A stretch of 57,576 nucleotides of DNA, taken from NCBI GenBank assembly GCA_037441285.1, contig JBBISL010000012.1, forward strand, positions 1 through 57,576, read 5' to 3'. Positions 27,266 to 37,764 of the stretch are shown piece by piece (within the stretch, counting starts at the first letter, position 1; each line of letters opens with the position of its first letter). This DNA is from a candidate division WOR-3 bacterium (GTDB lineage Bacteria; Hydrothermota; Tepidihabitantia; Tepidihabitantales; Tepidihabitantaceae). The notes beneath the pieces were generated by a model. The model ran no database searches. It was not told the DNA's origin and saw only the letters and a program-made list of their open reading frames with translations. The translations under genes were made by a program, and so were the position numbers.

Positions 27266-28301
27266 CGCCTGGTGGGTTCGGTTTTTTCCCTTGATTCGGG
27301 CTGTTACTTTTGTCTTCTCTTGACTCATAGGCGTGGATTATTCGGGAGACCAGGGGCGGGCGCACGACATCGCCTTTGTCGAAATAGACGATGCTGATGC
27401 CGGGGATACCGGTCAGAAGTTTTTCCGCTTCCACCAGCCCGGAGATGTATTGATGGGAAAGGTCAATCTGGGTGATGTCACCCGTGACAATCGCCTTGGA
27501 GTTCCAGCCCAGCCGGGTGAGAAACATCTTCATCTGGGTAGAGGTGGTGTTCTGGGCTTCATCAAGTATGATGTAGGCGTCGGAAAGGGTTCTGCCCCGC
27601 ATAAACGCCAGCGGTGCAACTTCAATGACCTCCTGTTCAATTAACCGCTGGGTTCGTTCCAGTGGTACCATATCAAACAGGGCGTCGTAAAGCGGGCGCA
27701 GATAGGGGTCAATCTTCTCCTTGAAAGTTCCGGGTAAATATCCCAGCGATTCGCCCGCTTCAACCGCGGGTCGGGTGAGGATAAGGCGGCTGCATCGGCC
27801 CGAGATGAGCCCTGAGACCGCAGCGGCGACCGCAAGATAGGTTTTGCCCGTGCCGGCGGGACCAATGGCAAATACGATGTCATTGCGGGCAATCTCTTCA
27901 AGGTAACGACGCTGGTTTTCGCCTTTGGGTACGATGGTTTTGCGGGGCGTGTGGATGACGCCAACTTCAGGAAGTGGGGGTGGAGATTTTACCTCTTCCT
28001 CGATTTCTTCGGCTGGTTCCAGCTGGGCGCGGCGTTCCGCGCGCAGTCTTTTGACCTCCGCTTCGATCAATTCCGGGGTGATGCGTTCACCGCGGCGACA
28101 GCGGGCGATAAGGCGGGAGAAAATCTCTTCCAGCTCCTTTTTTTCGGAACGGGGTCCAGAAAGTCGCAGTAGCCCATCCCGGTAAACTACATAAGAACGG
28201 TAGAACCGGGCGAGGGTTGTGAGGTTTATGTCTGCTGGACCGAGGAGTTCAACCTGGTCAACATCCTCGGCAGGGATAATGTATCGCAACCTAAGATACA
28301 T
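27252..28301 (-). CDS. phoH: PhoH-like ATPase (YbeZ)
   Basis: [47 protein letters not shown]. Confidence 0.93.
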   Translation of the reverse strand: MYLRLRYIIPAEDVDQVELLGPADINLTTLARFYRSYVVYRDGLLRLSGPRSEKKELEEIFSRLIARCRRGERITPELIEAEVKRLRAERRAQLEPAEEIEEEVKSPPPLPEVGVIHTPRKTIVPKGENQRRYLEEIARNDIVFAIGPAGTGKTYLAVAAAVSGLISGRCSRLILTRPAVEAGESLGYLPGTFKEKIDPYLRPLYDALFDMVPLERTQRLIEQEVIEVAPLAFMRGRTLSDAYIILDEAQNTTSTQMKMFLTRLGWNSKAIVTGDITQIDLSHQYISGLVEAEKLLTGIPGISIVYFDKGDVVRPPLVSRIIHAYESREDKSNSPNQGKKPNPPGDATG

Positions 28302-28370
28302 TTTAATTGTAAACTTATCAGGGTCAAGTAAATAGTTCCCGAACAGTCAAATCGGGTAAGTAGGAATATC

Positions 28371-28398
28371 TTGACATTTTTTTGAAGTTTAATATAAT
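28371..28398 (+). promoter_or_regulatory. sigma70-type promoter
   Basis: TTGACA-16 nt-TATAAT. Confidence 0.75.
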
Positions 28399-28467
28399 TA
28401 TATCATCTGGTTCGGGTTACATCCATGGTGAGGCGTAGTTTTAATATCCAATAAAAAGGAGGAAGGA

Positions 28468-31404
28468 ATGGCACGGTTTGGTTCTACCGTTCGAGGACAG
28501 CAGCGCGACATTAGAATTTTCATTGTCCGGGCAGTGGTTCTTACATTTTTTTCAGGTCTATTTCTTCTTTTGAATGCCCAGGTTGATACCAACTGGGTAA
28601 GGCGATTTAGCGGACCGGGCGCAGCCAGTGATGGTTTTACGGCGCTGGCGGTTGACGCCCGGGGACAGGTATATGTTACCGGTTATGTTACAGACACGCT
28701 TACAGGTTACAATATGTTAACAATGAAATTTGGGGCGGACGGTACATTACAGTGGGTGCAGCGTTACAATGGACCAGCCGATGGCACTGATTATCCGTAC
28801 GGGATTGCAGTAGATTTAAACGGGAATGTGTATGTCACGGGATATGCAACAACCGGCACCGGCTATGACTACTGTACGATAAAATACGACTCCCTGGGAA
28901 ACCAGCAATGGGTAAATTTTTACAACGGCACAGGAACAACAACGGCACCGGTTGATATCGCTCTCGGGATTGGGCTTGACCAGCAGGGCAATGTTTATGT
29001 CACCGGCTACAGCGAGGGGTCGGGAACTTCCTATGATTTTTGCACGATTAAGTACAATCCCAGTGGGGTTCAGCAGTGGGTTGCTCGTTATAACAACAAC
29101 ACGGCGAACTCTGCTGACCAGGCAACAGCAATCGCTGTTGACCCGCAGGGTAATGTTTATGTTACCGGCTACAGCGTGGCAAATAACTACGACTACCTTA
29201 CGATTAAATACAATACATCGGGAGCACAGCAATGGGTTGCGCGTTACGATGGTGGGAATGGTGCCGATTATGCCCGAGCAATTGCGCTGGACCGCATGGG
29301 TAACTGTTATGTAACCGGTTACAGCTGGGGAGGTGGTAATGCTGACAACGACTATTTGACGGTGAAATATACGAGTAGCGGTACCCGGGAGTGGGTTGCT
29401 CGCTACAACGGTGGCGGCAATGACAACGATTATGCCTACTCAGTGGCGGTGGACGAAGCAGGCTATGTGCTTGTGACTGGGGCAAGCGATAGTATAGGTA
29501 CAAGCAGTGACATTACAACGGTGCGATACGACCAGAACGGTAATTTAATCTGGGTCCGGCGTTATGACACCACGCAACGGGAGGATGTTGGTCGAAGCGT
29601 TGCCCTGGACAATAGCGGTAACATCTATGTAACGGGCTATTCGCGTAGAACCAATATCGACTTCTCGACACTTTCTTACGGCCCGAATGGAAACCTGCGC
29701 TGGGCGGTTTTTTACAATGACATCGGTAATGGTGGTGATTATGCGAATGTAACAAAGGTTGACCGTACCGGTAATGTTCTGGTAGCGGGTTATGGTTATG
29801 GCGGTTCTCAAACTGGAACCGATGCCGTGGTAATAAAGTACATTCAACCCGATGTGGCGGCAACGGATATTATTTCACCCGGGGTAAGGGTTGATACGGT
29901 CAGTTCGGTGATACCGACCGCGGTTGTTGCCAATTTTGGCAGTGCACCGACCGATATTAAGGTTTACTTTACAATCCGAAGGCCCAGCGGCTCCCGGCTA
30001 TTTTACGACAGTGCGCTGGTGAGTGGCGTTGGTGCGGGTGAAACGGCACTCGTTACATTTGGCGAGTGGCAAAAGCCGCACCCGGTTGGGTTTTATGTTG
30101 TCAGTTGCTCAACCTATCGTGCCTTTGACCGGGATTTGACTAACAATGTCCTGACTCGTGATTTTCAGGTTACGGCTGGTCCTTACGGCTGGGCAGAAGT
30201 GGCATCGGTACCATTGGCGCCGTCGGGCCGAGCGGTTAAGGATGGCGGGGCTTTAGCCTACTGTGCCGGGTTCGACCGGATTTATTGCGTAAAGGGCAAT
30301 AGAACCGGTGATTTCTACTATTATCAGCCGACCCAGCAGAGCTGGGTTACTCTGCCGGTAATTCCTAATGGTCCTTCGGGAAAGACGCCGGGCAGAGGCG
30401 CCTGTATAGTAAGTGATAACGACCGGTATATATATCTGGTGCGGGGCAATAAGACGCTTGAGTTCTGGCGGTTTGACATTGACAGTACCACCTGGGTGCA
30501 GATGGCAGATATCCCAGCCGGTCCATCAAACAGACCAGTGAAAGGCGGCGCCGATATGGTTTTCGTGCCCCAGGAGAATAGCATTTATCTTTTGAAGGGT
30601 TATCGGAATGAGTTTTACCGTTACCTGATAGCAACCGACGAGTGGCAGACACTGCCTGAGGCGCCGCTTTCTTCCCGGCCTAAATGGAGCGACGGCTCGT
30701 TCCTGACCTTTGACGGCGAAAACAGTCTTTATGCCGGTAAGGCTAAGTACAATGAGTTCTGGCGATATGACCGGGTGCTGGGAACCTGGGATACTTTACA
30801 CCGGCTCAGTCCAATACCTTTAGTTGGTCGGAGTGGTAAAAGCGTGAAACTAAAGGATGGTGGGTGCGGTGTTTACTACGATGGCAGTGTATATGTGCTC
30901 AAGGGTTCCAACTCCTGCGATTTCTGGCGTTACGATGTTAGTGGCGACTCCTGGACCGAACTGGACCCGATGCCTGAACTGGGTTCTACGCAGAAGCGAA
31001 AACGGATAAAACGGGGCGGCGATATTATTTTCGGGGGTGATGCGCTGTATGCGTTGAAGGGCAACAAAACGGTGGAGTTCTGGCGCTATGCGATTCCACC
31101 CGGTGTTTATTCGGGCTTTGCCGGTGGTCAGGGACATTGCGCAGAGCGGGCATTGAGCGGGTTTGTTTGTGCGCCCAATCCGGTGCGCGGGGCAAAGGTA
31201 AACTTGCTGCTGGCTCCCAATATTGAGGGCGAAGTCAGGGTTAAACTATTTGATGCTACAGGTAGGGTGCAAATGGACCAGGCGGTGGTTGTGGGGTCGC
31301 GGCAGATTGGGTTAAACATCACCGGATTAAGCGCCGGGGTCTATCTTGTGCAGGTGGAGTCCGGAGCGGGCAGGTTTTTGAGCCGTTTGGTGATAGATAA
31401 ATAA
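28468..31404 (+). CDS. Secreted SBBP beta-propeller repeat protein with CARDB, Lys-rich Kelch propeller and T9SS-type CTD
   Basis: About seven repeats of IAVD..GNVYVTGYS...DY.TIKY...G..QWVARY; Kelch module similar to the 672-4328 protein; APNP...GVYLV. Confidence 0.85.
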   Translation: MARFGSTVRGQQRDIRIFIVRAVVLTFFSGLFLLLNAQVDTNWVRRFSGPGAASDGFTALAVDARGQVYVTGYVTDTLTGYNMLTMKFGADGTLQWVQRYNGPADGTDYPYGIAVDLNGNVYVTGYATTGTGYDYCTIKYDSLGNQQWVNFYNGTGTTTAPVDIALGIGLDQQGNVYVTGYSEGSGTSYDFCTIKYNPSGVQQWVARYNNNTANSADQATAIAVDPQGNVYVTGYSVANNYDYLTIKYNTSGAQQWVARYDGGNGADYARAIALDRMGNCYVTGYSWGGGNADNDYLTVKYTSSGTREWVARYNGGGNDNDYAYSVAVDEAGYVLVTGASDSIGTSSDITTVRYDQNGNLIWVRRYDTTQREDVGRSVALDNSGNIYVTGYSRRTNIDFSTLSYGPNGNLRWAVFYNDIGNGGDYANVTKVDRTGNVLVAGYGYGGSQTGTDAVVIKYIQPDVAATDIISPGVRVDTVSSVIPTAVVANFGSAPTDIKVYFTIRRPSGSRLFYDSALVSGVGAGETALVTFGEWQKPHPVGFYVVSCSTYRAFDRDLTNNVLTRDFQVTAGPYGWAEVASVPLAPSGRAVKDGGALAYCAGFDRIYCVKGNRTGDFYYYQPTQQSWVTLPVIPNGPSGKTPGRGACIVSDNDRYIYLVRGNKTLEFWRFDIDSTTWVQMADIPAGPSNRPVKGGADMVFVPQENSIYLLKGYRNEFYRYLIATDEWQTLPEAPLSSRPKWSDGSFLTFDGENSLYAGKAKYNEFWRYDRVLGTWDTLHRLSPIPLVGRSGKSVKLKDGGCGVYYDGSVYVLKGSNSCDFWRYDVSGDSWTELDPMPELGSTQKRKRIKRGGDIIFGGDALYALKGNKTVEFWRYAIPPGVYSGFAGGQGHCAERALSGFVCAPNPVRGAKVNLLLAPNIEGEVRVKLFDATGRVQMDQAVVVGSRQIGLNITGLSAGVYLVQVESGAGRFLSRLVIDK

Positions 31405-31459
31405 AATAAAACGGTAAGTTAGAGGTAAAGGTTCCAGTCCGAGTTTACAAGGACACAAT

Positions 31460-31487
31460 TTGACTTTTGCCCTTTAAAAAGTATCCT
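31460..31487 (+). promoter_or_regulatory. sigma70-type promoter
   Basis: TTGACT-16 nt-TATCCT. Confidence 0.5.
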
Positions 31488-31565
31488 TCAATAAGGGGGA
31501 AGTTCGGGGTAAAAGAAAAGTTAACTGTTTTAGGTAAATAAGTTTTCAGAAATCAGGAGGATAAT

Positions 31566-33110
31566 ATGTTACCAGAGTTTAAGAATGAGACCTATCTTGA
31601 TTTTTCGGTGCCGGAGAATGTTGAAAAGATGCAGAAGGCGATTAAGGCACTGAAAGAAAAGTCAGACAAAGAGTATGAGATAATCATCGGCGGTAAGAGG
31701 CTGAAGACAAAGGAGAAGTTTCAGTCCTTCAACCCTTCGGATAAAAAACCGGTTGGGACTTTTCAGCAGGCAACAATAAAAGAGGGTGAAGCGGCGCTCA
31801 AGGCAGCATGGCAGGCGTTTGAGGAGTGGCGATTTGTGCCGGCGATTGAGCGGGCTTCTATCTTCTTGCGGGCAGCAAGGATAATGCGGCAGCGGCGGTT
31901 TGAGTTCGATGCGGCAATGGTTCTTGAAGTAGGTAAGAACTGGCTCGAGGCAGATGCCGATTTTGCCGAGGCGGTTGATTTTCTTGAGTTTTACAGCCGG
32001 GAGGCGATAAGGTATGATGCGCCCTGCGGTGTTACACCTTATCCTGGTGAAATTCAGGAGGTGCGGTATATTCCACTTGGTGTTGGTGTGGTTATTCCGC
32101 CCTGGAATTTCCCATGTGCGATTATGGCAGGAATGACAACCGCAGCGGCGGTTAGTGGTAATACGGTGATTTTGAAGCCGGCATCGGATGCACCGCTGAT
32201 TGCCGCTTTGTTTATGGAGTGTCTGGAAGAAGCCGGTCTACCTGCCGGGGTTGTAAACTTTGTTACCGGTCCGGGCTCCACAGTGGGAAATTACCTTGTG
32301 GAACACCCGAAAACCCGTTTTATCTCCTTTACCGGTTCAAAAGATGTAGGGTTAAGGATTGTTGAGGCGGCGGGGAAAACTGTTCCCGGTCAGATATGGA
32401 TAAAGCGGGTGGTGGCAGAGATGGGTGGTAAGGACTGCATCGTCGTTGACTCTGAGGCGGACCTGAACAGCGCGGTTGAAGGTGTCGTGGTCTCGGCTTT
32501 CGGGTATCAGGGGCAGAAATGCTCAGCCTGCTCAAGGTTGATTCTTGATGCGAAAATCCACGACGAGTTTCTGGATATGCTCATAACGCGGATAAAGAAA
32601 ATTAAAGTTGGGCCGGTTGAGCAGCCCGAGAACTGGATGGGTCCAGTGATAAATCAGGGTGCGTTCCGGAGGATTATGGAATATGTCGCTCTGGGTAAAA
32701 AGGAAGGCAAACTGGTTTGTGGTGGTAAAGGTGGTGACCGAGAAGGGTATTTTATCCAGCCGACGGTGTTTACCGATATTAAGCGTTCGGCCCGTATTGC
32801 CCAGGAGGAGATATTTGGACCGGTTCTGGCGGTGATTAAGGCGCGCAACTTTGCCGATGCGCTCGACATTGCCAACTCCACCGAATACGGCTTGACCGGC
32901 GCGCTCTACACCCGCAACCGGGAAAAGATTTTGCGGGCGAAGCGGGAGTTCCATGTTGGCAACCTTTACTTCAACCGCAAATGCACCGGTGCGCTGGTTG
33001 ATGTGCAGCCGTTTGGTGGGTTCAACATGTCGGGTACAGACTCAAAAGCCGGCGGCAGGGATTATCTGCTACTTTTCCTTCAGGCGAAGTCAATGACTGA
33101 ACGGTTCTAA
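31566..33110 (+). CDS. pruA: 1-pyrroline-5-carboxylate (glutamate semialdehyde) dehydrogenase
   Basis: FKNE N-terminus, PPWNFP, FTGS, AEMGGK, GQKCSACSR, EEIFGP, NRKCTGALV..QPFGG..SGTDSKAGG. Confidence 0.93.
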   Translation: MLPEFKNETYLDFSVPENVEKMQKAIKALKEKSDKEYEIIIGGKRLKTKEKFQSFNPSDKKPVGTFQQATIKEGEAALKAAWQAFEEWRFVPAIERASIFLRAARIMRQRRFEFDAAMVLEVGKNWLEADADFAEAVDFLEFYSREAIRYDAPCGVTPYPGEIQEVRYIPLGVGVVIPPWNFPCAIMAGMTTAAAVSGNTVILKPASDAPLIAALFMECLEEAGLPAGVVNFVTGPGSTVGNYLVEHPKTRFISFTGSKDVGLRIVEAAGKTVPGQIWIKRVVAEMGGKDCIVVDSEADLNSAVEGVVVSAFGYQGQKCSACSRLILDAKIHDEFLDMLITRIKKIKVGPVEQPENWMGPVINQGAFRRIMEYVALGKKEGKLVCGGKGGDREGYFIQPTVFTDIKRSARIAQEEIFGPVLAVIKARNFADALDIANSTEYGLTGALYTRNREKILRAKREFHVGNLYFNRKCTGALVDVQPFGGFNMSGTDSKAGGRDYLLLFLQAKSMTERF

Positions 33111-33157
33111 AAGGGGAAAGGTTATGCGGTTAACCGGTAAAGTTGAAAGGAGTGGCA

Positions 33158-34507
33158 ATGGCTAAACGGAAGCGGGTAATAATAATGGGTGCTGCCGGGA
33201 TGGATTACCATGTTTTCAATATGTTCTTTAGGGACCGCGAGGAGTTTGAGGTGGTTGGTTTCACGATGGCGGCGGAGCAGAATTTAGGCACGGTTGGTAA
33301 GTTGCGTACCTATCCACCGGTACTGGCGGGAAAACTTTATCCCCGGGGAATTCCGACATACTATGAGCGGGAGCTGCCGGAGTTGATTAGAAAATTTGAC
33401 GTCGACCAGGTGGTTTTCGCCTACTCTGATGTCAAGCACGAGTTTGTTATGCATCGGGCTTCTGAGGCGTTAGCTGCGGGTGCCCAGTTTGTGCTTTTAC
33501 CGCCCCGGATGCTGCAGATTCGGGCAACAAAGCCGGTGATTGCGGTTTGCGCGGTGCGCACCGGCTGCGGTAAATCGCAAACATCGCGCCGGGTTTATGA
33601 GATTTTGAAGAAGATGGGGTTGCGGGTTGTGGCGGTACGGGAGCCAATGCCTTACGGTGAACTGGAAAAACAGGTCTGGCAGCGGTTTGCCAGTTATGAG
33701 GATTTGGACCGTGCCGGTGTGACAATTGAGGAGCGTGAGGAGTATGAGCCATACATCGAGCAGGGGATGGTGATTTATGCCGGCTGTGACTATCAGGAGA
33801 TTTTGAACCATGCCGAGGCGGAGGCGGATGTTGTTGTCTGGGATGGTGGAAATAACGAGATTTCCTTTTATGTCCCGGACCTTTTGATTGTACTTACCGA
33901 CCCCCTGCGTGCCGACCATACGGTGATATACCATCCCGGTGAGGTCAATCTGTTGATGGCGGATGTGGTGGTTATCAACAAAGAAGATTCGGCAAAACCC
34001 GAAGCGATTGCCCGCTTAAAGGAGTTCATTCGAACGCGCAACGCGCGAGCGGTAATCGTTGATGCCGATTCGCCGTTGATGGTTGAAGACCCGGAGCGAA
34101 TCAGGGGTAAGCGGGTTCTGGTAATTGAGGATGGACCAACGGTGACGCACGGCGAGATGCCGTACGGTGCGGGCAGGATTGCGGCGGAACGGCTTGGAGC
34201 AAAGGAGATTGTCGACCCGAAGCCTTATGCCCGGGGCAGTCTGGCTGAGGAGTTGAAGCGGAGTACCCATCTTGACCGGGTTCTACCGGCGATGGGCTAC
34301 TCAGTTGAGCAGTTGCGAGAACTGGAAGAGGCGGTAAATCGTGCCCAATGCGACCTGGTCATAAGCGGAACACCGATCGACCTGAGCCGGCTTTTGAAGA
34401 CCAATAAACCGATTATTCGGGTTCGGTATCGGTTGCAGGAAAAGTCTCAGCCTGACCTTGAGAGATTGATTACCGAGCGGCTCCGGGAGTTAAATGTTCA
34501 GGTGTGA
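33158..34507 (+). CDS. Cyclic 2,3-diphosphoglycerate synthetase-like P-loop protein (arginine synthetase ArcE-like)
   Basis: VIIMGAAG, LAGKLYPRGIP, AVRTGCGKSQTSR, PMPYG, IEEREEYEP, WDGGNN, EDGPTVTHG. Confidence 0.8.
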   Translation: MAKRKRVIIMGAAGMDYHVFNMFFRDREEFEVVGFTMAAEQNLGTVGKLRTYPPVLAGKLYPRGIPTYYERELPELIRKFDVDQVVFAYSDVKHEFVMHRASEALAAGAQFVLLPPRMLQIRATKPVIAVCAVRTGCGKSQTSRRVYEILKKMGLRVVAVREPMPYGELEKQVWQRFASYEDLDRAGVTIEEREEYEPYIEQGMVIYAGCDYQEILNHAEAEADVVVWDGGNNEISFYVPDLLIVLTDPLRADHTVIYHPGEVNLLMADVVVINKEDSAKPEAIARLKEFIRTRNARAVIVDADSPLMVEDPERIRGKRVLVIEDGPTVTHGEMPYGAGRIAAERLGAKEIVDPKPYARGSLAEELKRSTHLDRVLPAMGYSVEQLRELEEAVNRAQCDLVISGTPIDLSRLLKTNKPIIRVRYRLQEKSQPDLERLITERLRELNVQV

Positions 34508-34519
34508 ACGGGAAAAGCA

Positions 34520-36058
34520 ATGAGTGGTGAGCAGTTCCGGCCCGAAGAGGTTGCGCTGCTCAAGGCGCTGAACAGCGCGCCGCAAAAGCCGGTAGCAATT
34601 GCGGAACTGGTCAAAAGTCTGGGTCTGGACCAGTCACTCATAACTGCAGCGGCGGTGAGTTTATCCCAAAAAGGGTTGGTGCAGGTTGAAGAAGAGGAGG
34701 AACAAGAACTGGCGCGGGGACCCGAATGGGAGGAAAAACTGCCCGAGCGTAAGGCGCTGGAGATTATCGCCCGGGAGATTAAATTGGAAGACGGGGCGGT
34801 TTCTTTGAGCCAACTCCCGACACTGCTTAACAAAACCGATGTCCGTTCCGAAGTTAAGTTCCTGATGCGCAAGGGATGGTGCGAGCGAAACGCCAATGAG
34901 TTGCGTATCAGTGCCAAAGGGCACGAGGCGTTGCGCGGAAAATACGAGGCGGATGAGATTGTCCTGCAGCAGTTAAAAGATAGACCGGTGCTACTGGTGA
35001 GTGAGTTGCGCGAGAAATTACCCGGAGTAGATGTTGGTGTGGCGGTAAACCTGCTTAAGGGCCGCGAAGGTGTGGTGAGAATTAAACGGCGCGTTATGCG
35101 CCGGGTGGTGCTTACCGCAAAGGGCGTAGAGTCGGTTCAGGCGGTTGAGAAAAGCGTGCCAGAGGTAACCCAGTTGACTCCAGAACTGCTTGCCACCGGC
35201 AAGTGGCGTGAGGTCAGTTTCCGGCGCTATGATGTTACCCTTGGGACGAAACCCCGCTATCCGGGCAAGGAGCACCCTTTACAGCGGATAATTCAGGAGG
35301 CACGCCGGGCATTTTTTGAACTGGGGTTTGAGGAGGTTTCGTCGCCGGTTGTGGAAGTTGCCTTCTGGGATTTTGATGCGTTGTTCCAGCCGCAAGACCA
35401 TCCCGCCCGGGAGATGCAGGACACATTTTATCTCGCCCAGCCGGCAAAGGGTTCGCTGCCGGCAGCGGAACTGGTGCAGCGGGTTGCTGAGGTACACGAG
35501 ATGGGCGGTGATACAGGTTCAAGGGGCTGGCGCTATCAATGGGACCAGGAACAGGCAAAACGGCTGCTTTTGCGCACCCACACGACCGCAGCGACAATCC
35601 GGGCGCTGGCAGCAAACCCGAATCCACCGCGCAAGGTGTTCTGCATTGGCAAGGTTTTTCGTCGGGAGAATATTGATGCAACCCACCTGCCCGAGTTCAC
35701 TCAACTGGATGGGATTATCATTGACGACCACGCATCGCTGGTGACGCTTTTTGGGACCCTGGCAGAGTTCTACCGCAAGATGGGCGCACACGAAGTACGC
35801 TTCCGGCCTTCTTACTTTCCTTACACGGAACCGAGCGTTGAGGTGTTTGCCAACCTTGGTAGTCTGGGTTGGGTTGAGATGGGTGGTGCGGGGGTATTTC
35901 GGCAGGAGGTGGTCAAACCGTTGCGATGCCGGTCAAGGGTTCTTGCCTGGGGTTTGGGGCTGGAACGGCTGGCAATGATGCGTTTTGGGGTTCAGGATAT
36001 TCGCCATCTTTACTGGGCGGATATCAACTGGCTCCGGGAGGCAAAACTGTGCCGGTAG
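34520..36058 (+). CDS. pheS: Phenylalanyl-tRNA synthetase alpha subunit, archaeal/eukaryotic type
   Basis: 512 aa with long N-terminal extension; FDALFQPQDHPAREMQDTF, LRTHTT, DATHLPEF, YFPYTEPS, WGLGLERLAM. Confidence 0.95.
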   Translation: MSGEQFRPEEVALLKALNSAPQKPVAIAELVKSLGLDQSLITAAAVSLSQKGLVQVEEEEEQELARGPEWEEKLPERKALEIIAREIKLEDGAVSLSQLPTLLNKTDVRSEVKFLMRKGWCERNANELRISAKGHEALRGKYEADEIVLQQLKDRPVLLVSELREKLPGVDVGVAVNLLKGREGVVRIKRRVMRRVVLTAKGVESVQAVEKSVPEVTQLTPELLATGKWREVSFRRYDVTLGTKPRYPGKEHPLQRIIQEARRAFFELGFEEVSSPVVEVAFWDFDALFQPQDHPAREMQDTFYLAQPAKGSLPAAELVQRVAEVHEMGGDTGSRGWRYQWDQEQAKRLLLRTHTTAATIRALAANPNPPRKVFCIGKVFRRENIDATHLPEFTQLDGIIIDDHASLVTLFGTLAEFYRKMGAHEVRFRPSYFPYTEPSVEVFANLGSLGWVEMGGAGVFRQEVVKPLRCRSRVLAWGLGLERLAMMRFGVQDIRHLYWADINWLREAKLCR

Positions 36059-37761
36059 TTGCGGTACCGCTCGGTTTACTTTGCCGTCTTACTGGTATGA
36101 TGCTTACCAGTGAGGAGATTATTCGGCTCTTAGGTGAGCTGGGGTGTGATGTTGAAGGGTTTGAACCGGTGAGCGGTACATTAAAACTCAACTTGCTACC
36201 AGCAAGGCCCGATATGTTTGATGTGTGCGGTCTGGCAAGGTGTTTGCGGGGTTATCTCGGGATTGAGACCGGCTTGAAACGCTACTCTTTTGGTTCATCG
36301 GGCATCACGGTTCAGGTAGAAAAGGGTCTGGAGGATGTGCGGCGGTTCATTGTTGCGGCGGTGATTAAAAATGTCAAACTCGATGAGGAACAGGTTGCGG
36401 TATTGATGGAGTTGCAGGAAAATCTGCACTGGGGTTTAGGTAGAGACCGACGCCGCGCATCGATTGGCATTTATGACCTGAACACGGTCGTGCCCGATTT
36501 TGTCTATCAGCCGGTGAGACCAGATGGTGTTAGATTTGTACCACTCGGTGGGGTGGAGTCAAAGGGTTTGGTGCCGTTGACACCAGCCGAGATTCTGGAA
36601 TTTCATCTCAAGGGCAGAACTTACCGGCACCTTTTAGCCGGCTATCAGGTTTATCCGCTGTTGACTGACCGCAATGGCAAAGTGCTTTCGCTGCCACCGA
36701 TAATCAACAGTGATGAAACCCGGGTGACCGAAAACAGTCGGGCGCTCTTTGTTGATATCACCGGTCCCGATGAGTGGGCGGTGCAGAAGTGTCTGGCGGT
36801 GGTGGCAGCGGCGTTTGCCGACCTGGGCGGTGAGGTAGAGACGGTACGAATCGTTTATCCGGATGGCAGAGTTGATGTAACACCAGATATGAGTCCAGAG
36901 CGGATGACGATTAACCCAGATGATGCGGCTGCGGTTATCGGGATTTCCCTAAATGTCGATGAACTCAAAGAACTTTTACACCGGATGCGCTACGAGGTTG
37001 TTAAAGATAATGTCCGTCCTGAGGCGGTTGAGGTTCTAATCCCATCTTATCGGGCGGATGTGCTTCATCCCTGGGACATCGTTGAGGATGTGGCAATCGC
37101 CTACGGGTATCACCGCTTGCCCCGAAAGTTGATACCGACAATTACATCCAGCCAGCCCCTTCCGATTGAGGAGTTTAGCCAGTTGTGCCGACGGGTGCTT
37201 ACCGGACTGGGGTTTATTGAGACGATGACACTGGCACTTGCCAGTCCGGAAGCCCATTTTACACAGCTGAACCTTAAGGACGACGGCTTGACTGTCCTGC
37301 TGGAAAATCCGGCAACGGTGGAACAGACGATTTTACGCCGGCATCTTTTTTCCGGATTACTTGAGACCTTCAGCATCAACACCACCCAACCTTTACCCCA
37401 GCAGATTTTTGAGGTCGGCGATGTTTTTCAGGTTGAAGCAGGAGCCGAGACCGGCGCGATTAGTCAGCGCCATCTGGCGGTGGGGATTGCAGATGCGAAA
37501 GCCGGTTTTGCCGATATCAAGGCGGTGATTGAAACGCTGAATCGGGAGCTGGACTTTACGGTCTCATTTGTACCGGCTGAGGAGATGCCTTTCATTCCCG
37601 GACGGTGTGCAGTACTGCACTCGGCAAGGGGCAAACGGGTTGGGATTTTAGGTGAGATACACCCCGAGGTACTGGAGCGGTTCGGATTAACGATGCCGCT
37701 GGTTATGGCGGAGATTGACATTGAGGGTTTACAGAAAGAAAGAGCAACGGGGAACCGGTAG
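36049..37761 (+). CDS. pheT: Phenylalanyl-tRNA synthetase beta subunit, archaeal/eukaryotic type
   Basis: About 570 aa from GTG 36049 (MPVV); RPD, LQENLH...R.R.SIG.YD, LSLPPIINS, R.D.LH..D..ED.AIAYGY, GEIHP; no OB-fold or FDX-ACB domain seen. Confidence 0.93.
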   Translation: MPVVAVPLGLLCRLTGMMLTSEEIIRLLGELGCDVEGFEPVSGTLKLNLLPARPDMFDVCGLARCLRGYLGIETGLKRYSFGSSGITVQVEKGLEDVRRFIVAAVIKNVKLDEEQVAVLMELQENLHWGLGRDRRRASIGIYDLNTVVPDFVYQPVRPDGVRFVPLGGVESKGLVPLTPAEILEFHLKGRTYRHLLAGYQVYPLLTDRNGKVLSLPPIINSDETRVTENSRALFVDITGPDEWAVQKCLAVVAAAFADLGGEVETVRIVYPDGRVDVTPDMSPERMTINPDDAAAVIGISLNVDELKELLHRMRYEVVKDNVRPEAVEVLIPSYRADVLHPWDIVEDVAIAYGYHRLPRKLIPTITSSQPLPIEEFSQLCRRVLTGLGFIETMTLALASPEAHFTQLNLKDDGLTVLLENPATVEQTILRRHLFSGLLETFSINTTQPLPQQIFEVGDVFQVEAGAETGAISQRHLAVGIADAKAGFADIKAVIETLNRELDFTVSFVPAEEMPFIPGRCAVLHSARGKRVGILGEIHPEVLERFGLTMPLVMAEIDIEGLQKERATGNR

Positions 37762-37764
37762 GTT

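Noticed and set aside
28580..29850. Periodic DNA repeats suggesting a CRISPR or tandem array
   Set aside because: They are degenerate protein-coding SBBP propeller repeats; there are no identical repeats with unique spacers and no cas genes.
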